From positions 124,001 to 188,000 of the forward strand of contig NGBS01000876.1 of assembly GCA_002245135.1 (NCBI GenBank): a stretch of 64,000 nt of DNA, in the 5' to 3' direction. Shown here piece after piece: positions 56,101 through 64,000 of this stretch. Within the stretch, counting starts at the first letter, position 1; each line of letters starts with the position of its first letter. This DNA comes from Proteromonas lacertae (Eukaryota). Position numbers and translations under genes: made by a program. The notes beneath the pieces were generated by a model. The model did not search any database, was not told where the DNA came from, and saw nothing but the letters and a program-made list of their open reading frames with translations.

Positions 56101-59100
56101 ATAATCACTTGCCAAATACAGTGAATGTTAAACAGGTTATATTGAATGATGATGGTTCTATTAGTACAACTATAACTGGTCATGATACAATGACTTATAC
56201 ACCAGATCCATTTATGTCATTAGCAAATGATGAATCTTATTATATTTGTAATTTTGATACAAATTATGAAAAGAAAGAAGTTGAATATTTGTATTTAGGA
56301 GTTTTGTTAAGTATGACTGGTATTTATTCAAATTTGTATAAGTCAATGTTAGCTGGTGTATTAGTAGCTGTTCGTAAGTATTATGATGATAGATTATTGA
56401 CACTGAATAAGAAATTACAAATCAAAATATCAGATTATAGAAATGATTTGTCCAATATTGAGCCAATAGCAACAGAATTATATTCTGATGATAGTGTAAT
56501 AGGTATTGTTGGCTGTGTTTATGCAGAATGTAAAGATATTGTCCAACCAATATCTACTAAATATGGAAAACCATTCTTATATCCAAGATCAACAGCTGGT
56601 CAAGAGTGTAACAATGACACAATTTATGGTGGAACTGTTCCAGGTCAAGTAAATCCAAGATTATTATTGTATTTAATTAGTTTAGATTATAATCAAACTA
56701 TATTCTTTATTGGTGATACAACAGCAGAAACTGAAATAAGATATCAAATCTTAGAAGATACAACAAGTGGTTTATTAGCTAAAGGTGATAGAATTAATGT
56801 AACATCTGATAATGATATAAATATAGGAAATCTATCTGAAATATTGAGTAATAATTATGGTGGTATTATTGTCACATCTTTATCTGTGTCTTATATGAAA
56901 GTATTGTTAGAGAGATTAACAAATCTGTTAATGGATACTACAAAGTGGGTAATCGTCAATTTGAACTTAGAATATGAAGAGTTTAAAGATATACCCAATA
57001 GTAGCAAGTTAAATTTGAAGATATTATCCAATTATTTCAATGATATTGATGTAAAATATAATGATGATATAAAACTACTATGTGATCATTATTCTTTATC
57101 ACAATATATCACTTCTACTATTGTTAATACATATATTATTACTTCATTATATGTAAATGCAATTGAAGATACAAATTCAACAGAATGGGATAAAGTTCGT
57201 TTTAATATGTATAACAAAAACATAGATAGTGGTACAACAGAAGTTACATTTGAATCAAGTCATTATCTTACTTCACCATTCTTTGTTGCTTCTTATAATA
57301 ATGATATAAAAGACTTTGAAACTATTTATTTCAAATATGATACACCATCACCAAATCCTTGGAGTTGGAATATTAAAGAGACTGATGATTTAAGATGTGA
57401 TTTTAGTGATCCATCCCATGGTGAAAAATATCATGTAAATGTTAGAAAGATCTTATTATTAGCTGAAATAACAGGAGCAAATTCCTTATATAGTGATGGA
57501 GTTATTGAAAGTTTTCAATTAGCAATTGATGACATTAACAGTGAAAATGGAATACAAGGTAATACTATAAAAGCTGATATTTATGATACACAGTCTAATG
57601 CAGATATTTGTGATAGTTATGTGAGTGATTATATAGCAAAGAATTCTCCTTTAGTTATTGTTACATCAGTTACTCAAAAATGTATGTCAAATATATTAAG
57701 AACTTTAAAATCAACAAGTACAATGCTGTTGAGTGTAAATGATCCAGATTTTGACTTCTGTAGTAGTGTTATTAGTTTTGGTAGTGCAAATCCAAGTTTA
57801 TATATGAATATATTCAATATAGTAAGAAATAGATTAGATTATAAACAACATTTATTGATTTATAGCACTCAATTCAGAGTAGGTGAATTTTTATCGTTTT
57901 ATTATGATCATTATGTTTCATTAGTCTATTCATTTAAATATACAGTATTAGATGAAAATGAATTACATAAATTCTTATTAAGAGCTGATATGGAATTAAC
58001 TACAATCATATATATTGCAGCATCAGCTGATGAATATGAAGTAATTCATAAACATTTAGATGGAATGAATATGATTGAACCAATATTTAGAAGAATAATT
58101 TTAATCAACTTTGATGTTATTAGAAGTAGAGGATTTAGAGAAATTGAAGGAGTATATTTCTATAACTCTCAAAATCCTGATAATGATGAAATAAATTATC
58201 AATATATAACAAATATATATCAAAGAATAGATAAATCATCACCAATCACTGATTTAATGGAAAGAACTTATTCAATGATAATGTTATGGTTTAACGCGTA
58301 TAGAAATGCAGATTCATTAGGTTTAACTCCAATGAAAAATCAAATGTATATCACAAAATACCATTCCCCAGAAGGAAGTATTTATTTTGGTAAAAACCTA
58401 TTCATGGCTCGAACACCTAATTTGAAATATATTGATAAAGATGGTAAAGAAATTATAGTTCATAGAAGTTATGAACCAATAATTCCAGATCCATATATCA
58501 TGCAGGATGATGCAGAGAGTAAGATAATATGTGATATATCCTCAGGAGGTATTGGTGAGAAAGGTTATTATGAATCTTATTTAGTTGGTATTATTTTAAG
58601 CATAACTGGTGATTGGGCTGAATATGAAATGCCAATTTTAGATTCAGTTATTTTAGGGATTAATTATATGAATGAGAATGATATGTTGTTAGGAAAATAT
58701 TTAAGTTTTGCTTTATATAATGCCAATTCAACCAATGATAATTATGTTAAATTTATCAATCAAATTATTGATGAAGGAAAAATCACTTTTGTGTTTGGAG
58801 GATATTTTAAAGAAACTTATGAAGTAGTCGAACCATTAGTATTTAATTCACCAATTTTCTTCTTTTACACTGGTTTAAATTATAATACAAGTTGTTCTAG
58901 CTAATGTAATAGTAGGTAATATTCATCCAACTCAAATGGCTGAAGCTGTATTAAGAAGGATTATTACCAAATACAAACACTGTAGTAATGTTGTCAAGTA
59001 CTGATTATTATTCAAAAAACTTTTCAACTGCTATTGCTAATAGATTAAGAAGTGTGTCAATAGTTGCTGATGATATTACATTCTTAGATAACACACAACA

Positions 59101-62015
59101 GATTGTACAAAGAATAAAAACAACATTAAGAGAAAGTGGTTATATTATTAATATAATATCAAGTGAAGAAGAGAATATAAAGTTTTATAATTTAATGTGT
59201 GAGAATGAGATTGTTAGTCCAAATTATATAATTATTAACATATTAATGGATGAAACTATAATGAGGAAATTGCCAATCAAGTGTGTGAAAGGTCATTACA
59301 TGATGTCTAGTTATTTTGAGAATTTAGGTTCCTCCTTATACAATACAAAATCTGTTATATCTATAGCTGATTCTTATAATCAAAAATTGCATGATAGAAT
59401 TGGAGATAAGATATATATTAATAATATAATAGAGAATGGTTATTCCATAGTAAGACTTTGGTCTGTAATTATACAAAAAATGAATACTTTTGATGTAAAG
59501 AGTTCAAAATCAACAATTTATGGAATTCCAGTAGAAGTTCCATCAGGTTCAATAGAATTGACAACTAATAATATATTAAGTAGAAAAATATACAGTGGAA
59601 CAATAGATAGCAATTATAATATAGTGATTGATTGGGCAATAAGTAATGAATATGAAGCTTCAATATATGATCAATATGACAGTAATAGCGAGTTTATTAA
59701 TTATTATTGTGACATTACTATTAGTAATCATTCTGTTTTGTATAGAAATCCAATTAGGATTGCATTTATTCATCAAAAAGATGATGGATTCTTTACTGAA
59801 ATTTATAACAGTATTATTCAAGATATGACACTTAAAGAAATTAATAATAATGGTGGAATTATTAATAGATATATATATGGAAAACATTTCTTTGTTTCTA
59901 ATTCACAGATTTATATTACATTGAAGAAAATATTAGAATCAACTGAAGAATATAAATTAATTATGGGAGGTTTGTCTCCTCAAGCCAAAGAAGAAATTAG
60001 TCGTTATATAGTCAGTAACAACATATTGTATATGTATACTGGAAGAGATGATGGTAGTGAATGTACAGTAAATACAATACATACTGGTAGTAGTATTACT
60101 CAAAAAGTGCCAAGTTTAATTACTTATTTAAAAACAATTGGATTGTCTAATGTTTTGGTGATTGGTGGATTAACAAATAGTACTTCAGTAGAAGCTGATT
60201 ATTATAACACACAAGCGAAGAAAGCTGAATTTGATGTAAAACAACCCATATTTATAAGTCCATATTTAGAGAGTAATATACAGAGATTTTTAGATGAAGT
60301 TGCTGATATTTTAGATGTTCAAGGTAATTTAGTTATTATTAACTTGTTTAATCCTACAGAAAATAATGTATTTTTAAAGCCTTAAATGAAAATGGATTTA
60401 TATTCAATAGTGTTACAATGGTATTAATTAAATATGATCCATATGACATAGATTCATCATTAACAAGTTCATTATTTGGTTATTATATAGCAACAAGTTA
60501 TTCAAATACAATATCTAATACACAATCCAATACATACCAATACAGTGTACAAGCTGAGTTTAATAGTGAGATAGAAATATCAGAGACGTTAGAAAACAGT
60601 TATTCGTCAATTTATTTCTATAAAAGTGCAGTGGAATATGCTAGAGATCAAACTGATGAAGAATGGCCTGGAACAAATTATATTCGAATATCAATGAAGA
60701 ATGTTATAACTGATGGTCCAAGTGGTACTTATAGTTTAGAAACTAACAATTTTGTTACTAAGAATATATACATATTTCGAATAGGAAATGGATTTATGTT
60801 ACAAGTTTATCCAAAGAATGGTAAAATCGAAAGTGTAGAAGCTCCAATGGTATATAAATCTGAATCTGAATGTACATTTGGAAAAGAATTGAAGTATTAT
60901 GATTTTGATTCATCTGTAGTAACAGTGGTTTATACATTGATGATAATAAATGTTATTTTAATAAGTGGAATATGTTTCTTTGTAATCTATTTCAGACATT
61001 CTCGAATAATCGTTAGTTCTAGTCCGATATTTTTAGTTTATACTTGTTTTGCATTAATATTACTATCAGTCGAAGGTATAGTATTTACATTTCGCCCAAC
61101 AAATGATATAATTTGTGGATTAAGAAACTGGGGCTTAGCTGTTTCGGTGTTATTTTTATTCAGCATATTATTTAGTAAAGCTTGGCGAATTCATAAATTA
61201 TTTAATAACAAACAATTACAAAAAGTAAAAATCTCGAATTGGATGTTACTAAAGATGATAGGAATGATGGTAGGTGCAGAGATAGTATATTTAGTAATTT
61301 GGTGGGTTGTTAAACGAAGTGAAACTGAACTAAGATACAGTGTTGGCTTATCATCATTTTTAGAAGATGTTTATATTTATCAATGTACAACAAATGATGT
61401 GTTTATGTATTTATATATTTTTTCTATATTATATTATTTAATAACAATAGAGGAATTCAATTAGCTGCATTTTTCATGTTGTTCTTATGGGGTGCGAAAT
61501 TAGCTTGGGGTGTAAGAAATGCAAGTTCTGATTTTAATGAATCAGTTTCATTAGCTTCAACAATTGCTGTAATGTGTATTTATAATTATATTATTTTATC
61601 ATAAATAGTATTAATTGGAATAGTATTTGTTCCGTTAGATTTTTTAATGGAAAGTGAGCCATCATCATTGGTAATATTTCGATGTTTTGGAATAGAAATA
61701 GGTTGTTTAGCAATTCAAATATTACAATTTGGTTCAAAAATCACTTACATTTATCATAATGAAATGACATCTACTACTGGTTCAGCATCAATGGGTAGTG
61801 GAAGTGGAAGTGCTAGTAGAAGTGGAAATAGTAAAGGAAAGAGATCTCAATCAGTGAATTTAGCTAATAAAGGTAGATTTGTAGTTAGTCCTGATTTATT
61901 ATTTGAGAGTGATATGGCAGTTTGTTCAATCTCTTTACCTGAGTTATTTTATGATGAAGGTGGAGCTGGTCACAGTGCTGCTAATTCGATGGTAAAATCA
62001 GTAACAAAGATTTAA
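50193..62015 (+). CDS. Giant class C-type GPCR: signal peptide, nine tandem UrtA/AmiC-like periplasmic-binding (Venus flytrap) domains, 7TM_3 domain and short cytoplasmic tail (about 3,800 aa)
   Basis: Repeated PBP1 motifs (INxxGGI, (F/I)xGG...R, LLxY...EC...Y.G..P.Q, P.G...F..NH, PxPW...CD(W/F)). 7TM motifs RIIVSSSPIFL, C..R.W, FSKAWRIHKLF, QC, LAWGVRNASSDFNES. About 9 short introns. Apparent single-base indels near 58901, 58960 and 60378. Confidence 0.85.
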
Positions 62016-62237
62016 TGTTTATTTTCTTTTTTTATTGTATAAATTGATTTGTATTATTGTTTATTGTTTGTTTGTTATATTCTTTATATTCAATATTTAA
62101 AAAAAAGAAAAAGAAACGAGTAAATATTTTGAAATATAATCAAACAAGTTTGAAAATGTATTGTTTAAAATCTTTTGTAAATGATGTATTTACATGAATA
62201 AATTTTGTAACAGTAAATATAAACTACTTAAAAATGA

Positions 62238-64000
62238 TTACCGCTTGCTTATAAATTTTGTTCTATTTGTAGTTTTATTTTTATATTTAAAATTAAAGAA
62301 TTCTTTAGATAATTCATTTCTTTTCTTCTTCTGATATTCCATCTAATTTTATTGTCTGAACTGATGAAAATGTTTTTAGAAATGATTTTAACTCTGAATT
62401 TATCTATATTTTCTTTTACTGTCATTGACAATTTAACATATCTATAAAATACTTCATTGTTTTCTTTCATCAATCTCAACCCTTCTTCATTTAATTCATT
62501 TCCTGATATATCCACATAACTTAACCTTCCATACTTTTTTATACTTTTTATTAACATTTTTAATCCTTTCTCACTCATTCCAACATCTATTCATAACATA
62601 ATATCATATTATATTCATAAAATACTTGAAAGATTTAGTGAATTATTATTAGCAAATTTATCAAAATATTTACATATTATCTCTATTCCTTCATCTCCAA
62701 TTGGATTGCCATATATTGAAATATATTCTGCTGTTTTAGGCAAAAGACTCTATTAATTCTTTCAATCCTTTTGAAGTAATTTGATTATTGGATAAAAAAA
62801 CTTTCCAATAATTAATCTTCTTTATTAATGGAATAAGAGAATCATTCAAATTCAAATCTATTTCATAACATATTTATATTATATACTTGATAAATCACAT
62901 GAATATCCTTTCTTAACACAATAATTCAAATAATATTTCACTTCTTCATTTGTCCATGTTGAATTTTTCATTTCTATAAATGGATATTCTTCTTTTTTTA
63001 ATGATTTTGAACAAATTGATTTTAATGCTTTCATTTTGATATTACTTTCCTTTTAGATCTATTATTTTACATCTTTCTATTGAATCTAATGCATTTGTTA
63101 ATAATATCACACTCTTCATCATCAATTGAGATATTATTCAACTCAATGTTGTATATATAACAATCCATCCTTTAACATATTTAAATGGTTTAGTAATATC
63201 TTAAATCCATTATTACCAATTGGATTATCTAAAAATACACTATGAAAAAATACTATAAATTCTCATCTTATTAAAGCTTCTCTTATTTTTTATCAAATAT
63301 TCCATTCCTTCTGAATCAATATTATTATCATATTAAATAAAGTGTATCAAAATTCTTCTGGATATTCTTTAAACCATTAACCAAATATTTCAATCCAACT
63401 GAAGATAATCCCATTCCTATAACATAATAAATGATAATAGCTAATAGCTAGAACAATCAATATAATCTCTGCAATCACACCTACATATTAACAAATGTAT
63501 ATGTGGAGATAATATTCTCATTCCTTCATCTCCTATTTCATTTCCTTTTACACTAAGACGTGTAAGTCTTGTAAAAATAAAACATATTGTTCATTAATAC
63601 TTCCACACTTTTGTCTGTAAGTTTATTATCTAATCAATAGAAAAGCATCAAATTATACTATCCTAAATTTAGATAGTTGTATCTCTCTAAGTTCATTTAA
63701 TCTAAATGAAATGAATGATGAGAAAAAAATCATCATCAATATCTAAATCGCTAAGATGCAATCCATTACTATATCTGATGAATTTCATCAATTCAGGAAT
63801 GTCTTTATCTATCAGTAATTCTTTATTTCTTTTAATATCAAAATCAAAATCAACTTTTGAAATAGGAAATTTAGAGAATATGGCTTTCAATCCTTTTGAA
63901 TAAATTTTATTATTATTTCTAATATCTATTCTTTTAAGATTTGGATATTTATATAATTCTTTTGATAATAATATCATTGATTCATCATTCAATCTCATTT
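62238..64000 (-). CDS. 3' part of a pseudokinase-LRR family gene (copy D), near-identical to copy A (17156-18850); many small indels (pseudogene or consensus errors); runs off the window
   Basis: Long identical stretches shared with 17200-18845, including intron positions and MRLNDESMILLSKELYKYPNL and MSEKGLKMLIKSIKKYG. Confidence 0.75.

Noticed and set aside
58895..60390. Programmed frameshifting or pseudogenisation of the GPCR (also indels near 8160, 10029, 30080, 38390 and 38770)
   Set aside because: Single-base indels are scattered across unrelated genes, often in homopolymers, and coding sequence is intact on both sides. Long-read consensus error is the simplest explanation; read-level polishing is needed to be sure.
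1..64000. Stop codons created by polyadenylation (known in Blastocystis, with a downstream TGTTTGTT motif)
   Set aside because: Every gene whose end I could resolve (ALG11, RPL23, MRT4, ACP, LITAF, GPCR, deacetylase) has a genomic stop. GT-rich tracts follow some stops (for example about 62065), but no stop-less gene was identified.
1..64000. Alternative genetic code (stop-codon reassignment) to explain the fragmented ORFs
   Set aside because: The breaks are explained by short GT-AG introns, and TAA, TAG and TGA all serve as normal terminators of conserved genes.

Overview
Very AT-rich (roughly three-quarters A+T by eye), gene-dense eukaryotic nuclear DNA. It has many tiny GT-AG introns (mostly about 25-35 nt), so the ORF track splits most genes into pieces; I rebuilt gene models by hand. 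The tiny introns, the compact layout, a mitochondrial-type ACP and a mastigoneme-like EGF protein suggest a Blastocystis/Opalinata-type stramenopile (inference). Recognisable genes: the 3' end of an Ariadne-type E3 ligase, ALG11, SMPD4-like, IAH1-like SGNH esterase, PARP6/8-like mono-ART, RPL23, a truncated Hsp70, a LicD-like transferase, DUF167, MRT4, a LITAF-domain protein and mitochondrial ACP. There is also an expanded pseudokinase-LRR family (4 complete or near-complete copies, 1 partial copy and remnants). The standout is an approximately 3,800-aa class C-type GPCR whose ectodomain is nine tandem bacterial UrtA/AmiC-like Venus-flytrap domains (50193-62015). Other highlights are a 328-bp apparently perfect inverted repeat built from a kinase-family remnant, a chimeric Cys-repeat polysaccharide deacetylase, an FN3/WW protein with PriCT-2-like modules, and candidate promoter motifs (GAAACG, TTGACA). 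Scattered single-base frameshifts look like long-read consensus errors. All family calls come from motif recognition; no searches were run.
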